Positions 37,057-46,167 of a DNA stretch of 51,743 nt are shown here, piece by piece. Both the position numbers and the translations under genes were made by a program. Under the pieces are notes generated by a model, which was not told where the DNA came from, did not search any database, and worked only from the letters and a program-made list of their open reading frames with translations. This stretch comes from Pseudomonadota bacterium (GTDB lineage: Bacteria > Pseudomonadota > Alphaproteobacteria > ATCC43930 > CGMCC-115725), in NCBI GenBank assembly GCA_046724035.1, contig JBKOVT010000120.1, forward strand, positions 1 through 51,743, written 5' to 3'. The stretch's first letter is position 1, and the number at the start of each line of letters is the position of its first letter.

Positions 37057-37378
37057 ATGGTACAGAGCGCAACCCAGCAGCCGCCGCCATTGGTGGAAGA
37101 CGTAACTGTTAAGGATGCCTTTTCGGACTTCTATATCGGGATTTCGTTAGTTGGCACGAACTTACACATGACCTTTGGCTCCGTAACCGCGGATCACACC
37201 AAACCCACGGCCCCACCCACAAGAGTCGTTTCCGCTAAGATTGGTGCTTGCTTTGCCAGGCGCAGTCGAATTGCGAGACCTGCTCGCGCAGATTATCGAC
37301 TCAGCGGCAAAGCAAGGGTTAATCCGAGCCGCCCCCGTGCCAACTATCGTTCCGCCGCCGGGCGGCACGTCCCATTGA
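37057..37378 (+). pseudogene. hypothetical protein, frameshifted
   Basis: MVQSATQQPPPLVEDVTVKDAFSDFYIGISLVGTNLHMTFGSV...RVVSAKI, shift at GG 37243-37244, then VLALPGAVELRDLLAQIIDSAAKQGLIRAAPVP..., stop at 37376-37378. Confidence 0.5.
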
Positions 37379-37390
37379 TCCGCTGACTAA

Positions 37391-37534
37391 CACACCGATC
37401 ACCGGGCCCGATCTGGCCTTCAGGAGGCGCAGCACGACTCGGGCATGCCCATTCCGGGTTGCGCGCGGGCGTTGCGCTGTACCGAATGTTGCTCACGGGA
37501 TGCCGATTTTGTCGTGACCGGGCAGGGGCGCTAG
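37391..37534 (+). pseudogene. zinc-ribbon small protein, paralog family D, C-terminal fragment
   Basis: DHRARSGLQEAQHDSGMPIPGCARALRCTECCSRDADFVVTGQGR aligns with the C-terminus of 50987..51190. The N-terminus is missing. Confidence 0.5.
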
Positions 37535-37553
37535 CACTGTCGTTGACTAAGAG

Positions 37554-37736
37554 GTGGAGAGTGTCGTGCAAAACTACTCGGCTGATCGGGGCATGGCTTG
37601 GATCCGCGCCACACGCCGATTTGACGATATTGACGATTCGATTTTGATGGGTCCTGCGACGTTCTGGCTTGCTCCGCGATCCATATGCGGCGCGCGGGAT
37701 GCGGATTATGCCGTCAGTGGTGCGAACGCTGACTAG
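37554..37736 (+). pseudogene. family D-like degenerate copy
   Basis: It ends ...ICGARDADYAVSGANAD. The upstream part is split over two frames (TTRLIGAW / GMAWIRATRRFD). Confidence 0.35.
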
Positions 37737-37804
37737 GGACCAAACCAAGGCAATCTGGCGTTTGTGAATTGAAAAAGGAGCATTCCCCGGAGTACCGGCT
37801 GGCC

Positions 37805-37996
37805 ATGTACGAGGTTGAAGTACATCTCCAAATGAAGTTGGCCGATGCGATGGGCGAGTTGCGAGTGTGGCTCGACCACAACGACTATGTGCCTGTGAGT
37901 TTCGAGATCAGCAAGAAGACAGAGGGCGTACTGGTTCGAATGGTCTTTGCCGAGGACCGTGCGGCTAGAGAGTTTAAGCGCAGTTTCGCGCGCTGA
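37805..37996 (+). CDS. paralog family A (copy 2)
   Basis: MYEVEVHLQMKLADAMGELRVWLDHNDYVPVSFEISKKTEGVLVRMVFAEDRAAREFKRSFAR. Confidence 0.6.
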   Translation: MYEVEVHLQMKLADAMGELRVWLDHNDYVPVSFEISKKTEGVLVRMVFAEDRAAREFKRSFAR

Positions 37997-38021
37997 GGAT
38001 CTGACCCGCTATATACGATCG

Positions 38022-38252
38022 CTATTGGACCCGGTTATCCCCTACCGGCCTCAGCTCTCCACCAAATGCTTCCGCACAGGCTATGGCCTCGCTCTCGACC
38101 TTGAATTCCAAGCGGCATGTGACGCGCTCGTCCTCCGTGGCGCAGCGGAAGGCATCGGGTTCAAAACGCTGCGCGTCCAGCCATTCTCTAATACGCGCCA
38201 TGATTGCAGAGAGCTGTTCGGGCTCACGGTGAATTTCGACCACGTACAACAT
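38022..38252 (-). CDS. paralog family A (copy 3)
   Basis: MLYVVEIHREPEQLSAIMARIREWLDAQRFEPDAFRCATEDERVTCRLEFKVESEAIACAEAFGGEL. Convergent with copy 2, 25 nt apart. Confidence 0.65.
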   Translation of the reverse strand: MLYVVEIHREPEQLSAIMARIREWLDAQRFEPDAFRCATEDERVTCRLEFKVESEAIACAEAFGGELRPVGDNRVQ

Positions 38253-38642
38253 GCGCGTGCTTTACTCCACATTCGTTTAGCTGAAAGTTAAATAGCCGCT
38301 GTCCAATGGAACAGTGACAACGGATGGCCGCTGCTACTAATCCCGAGGAGCGACTACTCTCAGGAGCATTTTAGGAAGTCGGGCCGCAAACATCCCCGCC
38401 TCATGCCTCGAATCAGAAACGCGTCTGCGTTGCCGGGAATGGGATCCGCGCGGCAAGGCTGTCGTGTCGATCAGTTGGGGTAACTCGCCCGCTACGAGAC
38501 TACGACCACAGGAGACGCGCGATTGCAATGGGCCGCTTAAAGATAAATTTCGTTGAAAATACTGGATACCTTATGAAACGCTCAACTGTCGTTTCCCATC
38601 CGGCGGCATTCGCTGCCGTTCTCCTGCCGAAGAAATTCATTG

Positions 38643-39044
38643 ATGGTTGGCGATCCGCCGGAAGCTGCGCCAAAGACGGTCCTTGTTGTCGAGGATAACG
38701 AGCTTAATCTGAAGCTGCTGAACGATCTGCTTGAGTTCAGGGGATATACAGTGATTGCAACGCGCTTGGGGGAGCCGGCACTTGAACTGGCCCGACAATA
38801 CAAGCCCGCTTTGATCCTAATGGACGTTCAACTTCCTGATATTTCTGGAATGGAAGCTACTCGACGGCTCAAGAGCGACCAGGAAACGCGCGCCATCCCC
38901 ATTATTGCGGTAACTGCGTTTGCCATGTCTGGCGATGAGGCGAGAATACTCGCGAGCGGATGCGATGCTTACGTTTCTAAGCCATTCAATGTAATCGATT
39001 TCCTAAAGTTGGTTGAGCACTGGACAAGGGGGGCCAGCTCATAG
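38643..39044 (+). CDS. single-domain response regulator (CheY/DivK-like receiver)
   Basis: VLVVEDNELNLKLLNDLL...LILMDVQLPDISGMEATRRLK...PIIAVTAFAMSGDEARILASGCDAYVSKPF. Confidence 0.9.
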   Translation: MVGDPPEAAPKTVLVVEDNELNLKLLNDLLEFRGYTVIATRLGEPALELARQYKPALILMDVQLPDISGMEATRRLKSDQETRAIPIIAVTAFAMSGDEARILASGCDAYVSKPFNVIDFLKLVEHWTRGASS

Positions 39045-39049
39045 CTGCG

Positions 39050-39442
39050 TTACGCCGCGGCATTGGGCACGATCTCAACGGGAACGTCGAAGCATCGGCG
39101 CAGCGCCGCAGCAAAGGATGCAGGGCCACTACCGCTCGCCTTCAAAATCACGTCGACCGCTCCATAGATCATCCATTCGCCCGTGTTCAGTACGAAGACA
39201 AAGCATCGGTTCTCATTCTCGCGAACGGCCGTAAAGCCTAAATCACTTTGGTAAGGGACAATACTCAGCCCGGCATCCCTGGCCACTTGGCGCATTTCGT
39301 CCGATAGCATGTGCTGCCTTAAATCAGAATTATAGCAAACGTCATACTCGTTACCCTTTACTTTCGCAAGCACGTTCCTGCCGGTGTTCTTGCCGCTGTA
39401 CAGTATCCTGTAGACAAAATCACCCAGTGACTGTAGCGGCAC
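39050..39442 (-). CDS. hypothetical protein (130 aa)
   Basis: Lower-GC ORF, convergent with the receiver gene and 5 nt from it. No family recognised. Confidence 0.45.
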   Translation of the reverse strand: MPLQSLGDFVYRILYSGKNTGRNVLAKVKGNEYDVCYNSDLRQHMLSDEMRQVARDAGLSIVPYQSDLGFTAVRENENRCFVFVLNTGEWMIYGAVDVILKASGSGPASFAAALRRCFDVPVEIVPNAAA

Positions 39443-39570
39443 CCGTACAGGATAGCCGTATTAACCATGAACTTCTTTGCATGGTGGGGGCTTTAGGGAG
39501 CGCTGTAACGCGCGAGGGAGGTGAGCGGTCACTCCACCTCGGCCGAGTTGTAGCGAGCCTGCCGCGGGTG

Positions 39571-39831
39571 AGGTTCGGCGGTACTGTAGATCAGCCGCTT
39601 GCTGAAGCGCTGAAGGCGTTCGCTCCGTACACTACCGCGCCTCGACTCGCGCAGTTAGGAAAAGACTCCGCGCGGGGTCTTGATCGTGGGCCAGATAGGC
39701 CGGGTCGGGATCGAGCGAAGGTTCCTACTGACCCACCCACCACTTACGGCGATCGCTTGGTGCGCCCCGGGTCCACCGGCTCGGCTCGAATGCCCTGGAT
39801 AGAGCAGCCCCGGACCCCGAGAAGGTTCCTT
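39571..39831 (+). repeat. ~255-nt non-coding element, copy 2
   Basis: See 35580-35833. Same orientation, 3,991 bp downstream. Confidence 0.6.
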
Positions 39832-40349
39832 GACCTACCCCGCCATTAATGGCTGCCCGTTGGGGAACTCGGTCCCCTTCATACCTGTCACGCTGCGTGA
39901 TGCCACGCGCGAGGCTGGTTGTTAAACAACGCGACTACCGTAAGCCTTTACCCGACGACATTCGTCGACGGGGTACGGTAGCCGCGATCAGCGCCATCTA
40001 TTCCCGACGGCTCCGCACGGAGTCTTTGCATCGGCAAATCGCGCCTGCACCAAAATTTGGAACCAGGCGTCAGACCGAGTCGCGACCAAAAGCCGGCGGT
40101 GTCGACGAAGGACCAGTTGTTCAGGGGGACGACCGCTTACGGTGTGCTGAGCGGAAGTTCGCTTCAGACTTCGTCAGCTTCCGGTTTTGCCCCTAAGCCG
40201 ACCTTCAATTTGCCGACGCAACCCTGCCCGACATCCTGTTCGGTCGGGTAGATGGATGGGCCGCAGCGGAGCCTGCCCGGTGCCCGCACCATTATAACCG
40301 CACATTAATATGGCCGCTGTATGTTTCGAATTCCACGCTGAGGTGCCCG

Positions 40350-40730
40350 ATGCTGAAGCTTGATGCGGAGAAAGCCGCGAAGATCGGCTATGTCCTGTTC
40401 CGCTACATGCGCGCGCGACCTCGCTTCAAGCATGAGTTGGTTGAACGGCCACTCCCGGCTCACGAGTTGGCCGAGCTGATCTGCGCCGGCAGATATGATT
40501 TTGACGAAGTTTACATAGACCCTGCCGCCAACCCGGCGATCGCGTTGGATGGGAAAGCGGATGAAGTATTCGAGGCACTGATCAAAAAGAAGTACCACGC
40601 CATCCCGTTCTGGGACCCGATGCTGGTCGCCGCATGGCGTCACTACGTCATCGTGACGGTCCGCTACCTCAACGGCCAAGTCCGAGCCGCAGTCGCCTTG
40701 GCGTCTAGCGGGCGAGCGGTTTCTGCCTAG
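40350..40730 (+). CDS. paralog family B (copy 2, intact)
   Basis: MLKLDAEKAAKIGYVLFRYMRARPRFKHELVERPLPAHELAELI...DGKADEVFEALIKKKYHAIPFWDPMLVAAWRHY. Confidence 0.6.
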   Translation: MLKLDAEKAAKIGYVLFRYMRARPRFKHELVERPLPAHELAELICAGRYDFDEVYIDPAANPAIALDGKADEVFEALIKKKYHAIPFWDPMLVAAWRHYVIVTVRYLNGQVRAAVALASSGRAVSA

Positions 40731-40818
40731 CCGCCTCGAGTTTTTGCGGGTCGCCCGGAACGGATCTTCGCACGCAACTGCGAGCGGCGTTCACCTCGCA
40801 ATGCGAGCCACGGCGCAA

Positions 40819-41367
40819 TCACAATAGGACGTGCACGATCTCCTTAAACGGCCGAGGCTCGAGAAAGTGCCGTCGCCGCATATCGTGGTCGATGTGCAGA
40901 AATACCTGTGCCACCAAGATCTGGTTCACCCGTTCGCCGTCGTCGGACAACGGCATGAATAAGACCTTGATATGGCGCTCCGGTCCCCGATGCTGGGGCG
41001 AGATGAACAGACATTCGGAAAAGAGGGCGCGATGTAGGCGCACGCATTCGTCATAGAGGGCCAGGACATGGGTCTTGTACTCCGGCCCAGGCAATACCTC
41101 ATCGAGATATCGGCCTGTTGCGTTCATGCCAAACGCATCGGCATTCTCAGTCCCGATCAGGCGATAGCGATAACGGCCCGGTGGCAGCACTTCGACGAGC
41201 ATCAGGATCGGGAGAAGCTTCGGGATATCGACCGGATCAATGTCGCGGCGTCGAGGCAGCCGCCCGTCGATCGATTGGAGCACCCAGTATTCGAACGCCG
41301 CCATCAGGCGAGCATCGGTGATTGGCGACAGGGTATTTGCCGCATCGAGAGTGGCGGTGAGGGGCAT
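40819..41367 (-). CDS. PAS-like (PAS_5/DUF1457-type) domain protein
   Basis: FEYWVLQSIDGRLPRRRDIDPVDIPKLLPILMLVEVLPPGRYRYRLIGTENADAFGMNATGRYLDEV... is the typical pattern of this Rhizobiales PAS family. Confidence 0.65.
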   Translation of the reverse strand: MPLTATLDAANTLSPITDARLMAAFEYWVLQSIDGRLPRRRDIDPVDIPKLLPILMLVEVLPPGRYRYRLIGTENADAFGMNATGRYLDEVLPGPEYKTHVLALYDECVRLHRALFSECLFISPQHRGPERHIKVLFMPLSDDGERVNQILVAQVFLHIDHDMRRRHFLEPRPFKEIVHVLL

Positions 41368-41525
41368 CCACGAAGCTTACGGCGGTTTTCACCAAGATTG
41401 TATGAACCCTGTGCAGTACCACCGCAAGCGATCCTCCCCGAGCGTTGATCCACCAGACGCGGATTACCACACATAAAATTTTAATCCATTGTTGCTAGAT
41501 TGCTGCCGATCATTAGAGGTGATGC

Positions 41526-42101
41526 ATGGAATTTGACCCCCGGTCCGAGCTGATCAGCATATCGAATGATGATGCCGCGGCATGTGTGCTCGATCTGGAA
41601 AAGGGTCTTGTGCTTCTCATTAAGGCGATCGAGGCCTGCAGGCGCCGCAACGAGGGTCGCCCACGATCGGCAGCCTTATTGGCCGTCTCGATCGACAATA
41701 TGCAATCGGTCACTGACCTTTTTGGACCCCATGTCACCGAGCCGGTGTTCACCGGGCTAGCATCCCGCATCAAGGAATGCCTGCGAAGCAGCGACCTCAT
41801 CGCTCGCCTGAGCAAGAATCAGTTGGGCGTGGTGCTGCCGTATTTCCGCTTCAATGGAGCTGCAGTCGTGATTAAGAGAATCCTCGCGCTCCGGGCCAAA
41901 CCGACCCTCGCGACGCATTTTGGCACCGTCGATCTGAAATTCTCCGTCGGAAGCGTCTTCTTTCCCGATCCGAACTTGGGGACGGCCGACATCATTATCC
42001 GGGCCCAAGCTGCGGTTGGCTATGAACGGACGGCAAATCAACGGGCTGTGGAATTGACGCGCTCCGTTCGTGAGCAGGTTAATACTTTGAGATCAGCATA
42101 A
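41526..42101 (+). CDS. degenerate GGDEF-like domain protein
   Basis: ALLAVSIDNMQSVTDLFGPHVTEPVFTGLASRIKECLRSSDLIARLSKNQLGVVLP...FSVGSVFFP...ADIIIRAQAAV has GGDEF-fold spacing, but the signature reads SKNQL. Confidence 0.6.
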   Translation: MEFDPRSELISISNDDAAACVLDLEKGLVLLIKAIEACRRRNEGRPRSAALLAVSIDNMQSVTDLFGPHVTEPVFTGLASRIKECLRSSDLIARLSKNQLGVVLPYFRFNGAAVVIKRILALRAKPTLATHFGTVDLKFSVGSVFFPDPNLGTADIIIRAQAAVGYERTANQRAVELTRSVREQVNTLRSA

Positions 42102-42284
42102 GCCCGTTGAAATGGTAAGCGGAAAATCTCAGATACCGACATTCAGCCCGGGCATATTTCCCTTCAAGCGCGGGATCGCCAACACGCGCGATCCGGTATC
42201 GATCTCATCCCACCAGCAGACGGCAAATTCCCGTCGCGCTAGCACGCGTTTGGCACGGTAATCGCGCAGTGACTCAGGCCCGAA

Positions 42285-42809
42285 ATGCTTGACGCAGCAC
42301 CGCAGTCTGATCGCCGGGACGGCTCCCGCCAACGAGTGCTGAAGAAAGCTCTTATTGTTTTCAACAATGGGCATTCAACTGTCGGCTGTCACATCCTCGA
42401 CATCTCGGAAGTCGGTGCGAAGCTCCTGCCAACCGATGTTGCGTCCTGCCCGCGTGAATTTGCGCTAAAGTCCCTGACCGGCGAACCGCGCCAGTGCGAG
42501 GTAATTTGGTGCAGAGGCGGTGCATTGGGTGTCCGCTTTCTGGATCTAGATCAGTCGGAGAAAACCGCTGAGGATCGCCGTCGGCATACCCGGCGCCGTG
42601 CCTTGCAGCCGGCGCTCATTGTCTGCAACAGGGGGCTCTCTACGATGGTTTGCCAAGTCATCGACATCTCGGAAATGGGAGCAAAGCTGATCCTGGCCGA
42701 TGCCTTTGCATGCCCGAGAGAGTTCGTGCTCAAGCCCAGGAATGGTGGACCTCGCCACTGCGCTGTTCTTTGGCGCAGAGGCACCGCCATGGGCGTCCGG
42801 TTTTTCTGA
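42285..42809 (+). CDS. tandem PilZ-domain protein
   Basis: Two repeats of RR..R-x-(A/K)ALIV.N.G.ST..C.+.DISE.GAKL......CPREF.LK......R.C.V.W.RG.A+GVRF. Confidence 0.8.
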   Translation: MLDAAPQSDRRDGSRQRVLKKALIVFNNGHSTVGCHILDISEVGAKLLPTDVASCPREFALKSLTGEPRQCEVIWCRGGALGVRFLDLDQSEKTAEDRRRHTRRRALQPALIVCNRGLSTMVCQVIDISEMGAKLILADAFACPREFVLKPRNGGPRHCAVLWRRGTAMGVRFF

Positions 42810-42927
42810 TCACAGAGAGCGGTGATTGGTACGCGGGGGCGTCCTAAAATCGGATGTTCATCTATCGGCCCGAGGCGTGACTGAGCCTATTAAAGGGTTG
42901 CTGTCCCACTCCGCTCTGGCTTTGCAG

Positions 42928-43641
42928 TCACCCGTGGGACGCTTTCGAGCGTTCAAGAACCTCCGCCAATTTGTTCGCGAAGCTTGGGTCATTTCCGGGA
43001 TTTGAGTTGAACGACGAATGCACAATCCTGACTGGATCTTCGGTGTGGTACCGCCCTTCGGCATACGTCATGTACAGTTCCTTGGTGACTCCCGTTCCAA
43101 CGAGTACCGCTCTGCACTGATGTCCCTGCTTTGATAGCCAGGTAATCATTGCGGTTGTCATGTAGCTAAAGATTTTAGGTGACCCGAAAGCAGAAATTCC
43201 ATGAAACCGTTGGCCGTCCGAACCCCAGATCGTGTACTCCGTTCCGGAATGGCCGGAGAGTTCCCATAACGACTTCTTGACGAAATTGATATCGGAGAAG
43301 TCGTTTCGATAGATCGTTGCATCCGGAACGCCGCCTGAATAACCGGCCCAGGCCCATTCCGGGCACCCTGGGTTCTGCGTTTTGTGAGCCTCGTAAACGG
43401 CTAAATCGCTGCCGTAAAATGCGCCATGTGATACACCATCTTTGATCAGATCATAGGCTGTGTTGATGAGCTGTGCAGTATCGAGGTCGCCGCCTCGGTC
43501 GGGATGATGTCGATGCAGCAACTCCCGGCGCGCAACCTTGATGGCCTCGCGGCTCATCCCGGTAACATCGACGCCCAACCGTCGAAAGAGCATGATCGCG
43601 TCCTGAGCGCGAGCGGGCACGATAAATTCGGTTTTGGGCAT
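42928..43641 (-). CDS. J-domain protein with uncharacterised C-terminal domain
   Basis: REAIKVARRELLHRHHPDRGGDLDTAQLINTAYDLI carries the HPD tripeptide. The following ~165 aa is unrecognised and aromatic/Gly-rich. Confidence 0.75.
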   Translation of the reverse strand: MPKTEFIVPARAQDAIMLFRRLGVDVTGMSREAIKVARRELLHRHHPDRGGDLDTAQLINTAYDLIKDGVSHGAFYGSDLAVYEAHKTQNPGCPEWAWAGYSGGVPDATIYRNDFSDINFVKKSLWELSGHSGTEYTIWGSDGQRFHGISAFGSPKIFSYMTTAMITWLSKQGHQCRAVLVGTGVTKELYMTYAEGRYHTEDPVRIVHSSFNSNPGNDPSFANKLAEVLERSKASHG

Positions 43642-44047
43642 TCTTGCTGATTGAGAATCGGATGGACAATAGTCAATCCAGCGTACAAAAAAATGGTTAC
43701 TCCTGAATAAATCGACCGCTTCCGCACCCTACGTTGCGATCGCGATAGCTAAGACCAAGCACCCGCAGCGGCACGCGGTAGTCAGATGCGCTTGCACCCC
43801 CTCAACGAGGGCCCCATCAACTCGTTGACGCACACGATTATCGTCTTCGACGAGCGAGCCCGCCGCGTTTGCGGGGCCTTCTCGTAGCTAATCGAAAATT
43901 AAGCGTAAGCTGAAGTAAATTATCAAGATTATCTCATTTACTGTATCGGCCGACACGCGAGGCAGATGAGATCGCGCTCCTCGGCGGAGCGAGCTCTGAC
44001 GGCTTTCGCCAACATCGCTTATGGCGGCTGCTCGGGTACGAGGAAAC

Positions 44048-44398
44048 ATGCAGGTCGACGGGACAGATGCGGACGGTGTGATTGACGCTCTAGACCGAGT
44101 ACCGGAAATGCCGCGGCCTGGGCAGCGCTGGTCGGTGCGGTGGAAGGCGGCCGTTATTGAAGCCGTGCGTGGCGGCTGGGCAATCGAAGAGGTGTGCCAG
44201 CTTTACAACATCTCCATCGACGAGTTTGTAGCTTGGGAACGGGATCTTGACCGCAACGGAATCCCCGGCCTGCGGTCTACTCGTTACCAGATTTACCGCG
44301 ATACTGAGATACAGGGGCCTAGATGTCAGCCGAACCGAGAACCGGTTACTGCATCGCCGGATCGAGCTGTCCCATCGCATTTGCGAGGGAATACGTAA
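44048..44398 (+). CDS. DUF1153-like HTH protein with C-terminal extension
   Basis: RWSVRWKAAVIEAVRGGWAIEEVCQLYNISIDEFVAWERDLDRNGIPGLRSTRYQIYR. Confidence 0.6.
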   Translation: MQVDGTDADGVIDALDRVPEMPRPGQRWSVRWKAAVIEAVRGGWAIEEVCQLYNISIDEFVAWERDLDRNGIPGLRSTRYQIYRDTEIQGPRCQPNREPVTASPDRAVPSHLRGNT

Positions 44399-44454
44399 AT
44401 CGAATCGGCTAGACCCACGTTATCCATCCTAGCCAATCAGGGACAGGGAGCTAT

Positions 44455-46068
44455 ATGCGTCCCTCGGCTTTCGAGACCAATTCGTTGGCGCCGGTCCGCA
44501 TTCAACCGCAGCCATACGCTGCGGTCGATGTCGGTGGTCAGCTCGGCAGTCTCATAGATGCCATCGAAGATTCCGCTCAGCCGGTCTGCATTTATAGAGC
44601 GAAGCGGTATCTCTACGTGAATCGAGCCTACGCGACGATGCTGGGCTTTAATGCGACTGACGAGCTCCTACAACTTTCGGATATTATCTCACTTGTCCAT
44701 CCAGACGATCGCCCGATGGCAGGAACGGCGACGCGCGCAAGGCTAGCGGGCGAGCACGCATCCACTCGCCACGAATTCCAAATGTTGCGACGAGAGGGGT
44801 CGGTGATCTGGGTCGAGACCGTCGGATCACACATTCGCTGGGAGGGTCAGTCAGCGGCGCTGGTGTTTGCCAACAACATAACCGACCGAAAGCTCATCGA
44901 AGAGGCTCTGCAGCAATCCGAGCGGCTCTTCTCGAAGATGTTCCACTCCTCGCCCGACGTGATGATCCTGAGTACCGTAGCCGATGGGCGTCTTGTCGAG
45001 GTCAATGACACGTTCCTGAAGCTACGTCAGCTCAAACGCGAAGACGTGATCGGCCGCACGGGCGCTGAACTAGGGCTTTGGCACGATGGCGCGGAGCGTG
45101 AACGGGTCATCGAGGCGGTTCGCATAGATGGCATGGCGCGCAATATCCCCAGCGCTCACCAATCCCTCGATCCCGAGAAAGGTCTGCGCCATTACGCCGC
45201 TTCGGCCGAACTTGTTCGGCTCGGAGAGGACGAACTGCTCCTATGGGTGGCCCGCGACATTACCGATCTGCGCCGAACCGAAGAGGAGCTGCGCCGCAGC
45301 AAACGAGGTGCTGAGGAGGCTTCGCGGGCCAAGAGTGAATTTCTGGCTCATATGAGCCACGAGCTGCGGACACCGCTTAATGCCATTCTCGGTTTTTCGG
45401 AAGTCATTCGCGACAGAGTCTACGGGCCGGATGCATCGTCGAAGTACACGGAATACGCTGAATGCATTTATAGCGCGGGTGAACATCTCCTGCAGATCAT
45501 CAACGACGTACTTGCGCTTTCAAAGGTGGAACACGGAAAGCTCACGTTGCAGGAGAGCGACTTTTCCGCTGAGGAGCTTATCAATGACTGTCTGCGCATG
45601 GTGCGCCAAGCAGCCAAAAAAGCTGGTCTTCAGCTAAACGCAAGTCCTGTCGATCCGAAGCTCGTTATCCGCGCTGACGAGCGCCTGATGCGACAAGTCC
45701 TGCTCAATTTGCTCTCTAACGCGATTAAATTCACTCCGCCGCAAGGGAGAGTATCTCTGTCAATCGAGGTCCTTCGTCCAACGAATGGTGCACGCATCAT
45801 CGTTTCTGACACCGGTATCGGGATGAGTGAGGCGGATATTGCGATCGCGCTGACCCCGTTCGGACAGATCGAGGGCGGATTAACTCGCCGCCACGAAGGC
45901 ACCGGCCTTGGGCTTCCATTGACCCGGTCACTGGTTGAATTGCATGGCGGCGAGTTGAAAGTCCGCAGTGAGCCGAACGTTGGGACGACGGTGGCAATCA
46001 CGCTGCCGACCGAGCGAACGGTCTCGTCTTCGTCGATTGATAAGCCCACGGAAATGCCCGTTCGATGA
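44455..46068 (+). CDS. PAS-PAS sensor histidine kinase
   Basis: Two PAS-like regions, H-box EFLAHMSHELRTPLNAILGFSE, N box LLNLLSNAIKFT, G boxes DTGIGM and GTGLGLPLTRSLVELHGG. 537 aa, intact. Confidence 0.92.
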   Translation: MRPSAFETNSLAPVRIQPQPYAAVDVGGQLGSLIDAIEDSAQPVCIYRAKRYLYVNRAYATMLGFNATDELLQLSDIISLVHPDDRPMAGTATRARLAGEHASTRHEFQMLRREGSVIWVETVGSHIRWEGQSAALVFANNITDRKLIEEALQQSERLFSKMFHSSPDVMILSTVADGRLVEVNDTFLKLRQLKREDVIGRTGAELGLWHDGAERERVIEAVRIDGMARNIPSAHQSLDPEKGLRHYAASAELVRLGEDELLLWVARDITDLRRTEEELRRSKRGAEEASRAKSEFLAHMSHELRTPLNAILGFSEVIRDRVYGPDASSKYTEYAECIYSAGEHLLQIINDVLALSKVEHGKLTLQESDFSAEELINDCLRMVRQAAKKAGLQLNASPVDPKLVIRADERLMRQVLLNLLSNAIKFTPPQGRVSLSIEVLRPTNGARIIVSDTGIGMSEADIAIALTPFGQIEGGLTRRHEGTGLGLPLTRSLVELHGGELKVRSEPNVGTTVAITLPTERTVSSSSIDKPTEMPVR

Positions 46069-46167
46069 AGCCCGTCTTGCGCATGGGAATGGCAAGCGCC
46101 CTAGCAAAATCCGCTGCTGGGGCAGATACCGGACCTAGGAAGATTTAACGCGAGCTGCCGATCGCGA

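Noticed and set aside
35580-39831. The 255-nt repeat pair was considered as diversity-generating-retroelement TR/VR, a retron msr/msd, or a tmRNA, RNase P or group II intron fragment.
   Set aside because: Mismatches are not adenine-specific. No reverse transcriptase ORF (no YxDD motif) occurs anywhere in the window. None of the hallmark sequences I remember for tmRNA, RNase P or intron domain V are present. It is kept as an unclassified element instead.
42129-42374. ORF 42129..42374(-), 81 aa, overlapping the PilZ gene start.
   Set aside because: Its only start overlaps 90 nt of the well-supported di-PilZ gene, and no family or RBS is evident. It may be a fragment at best.
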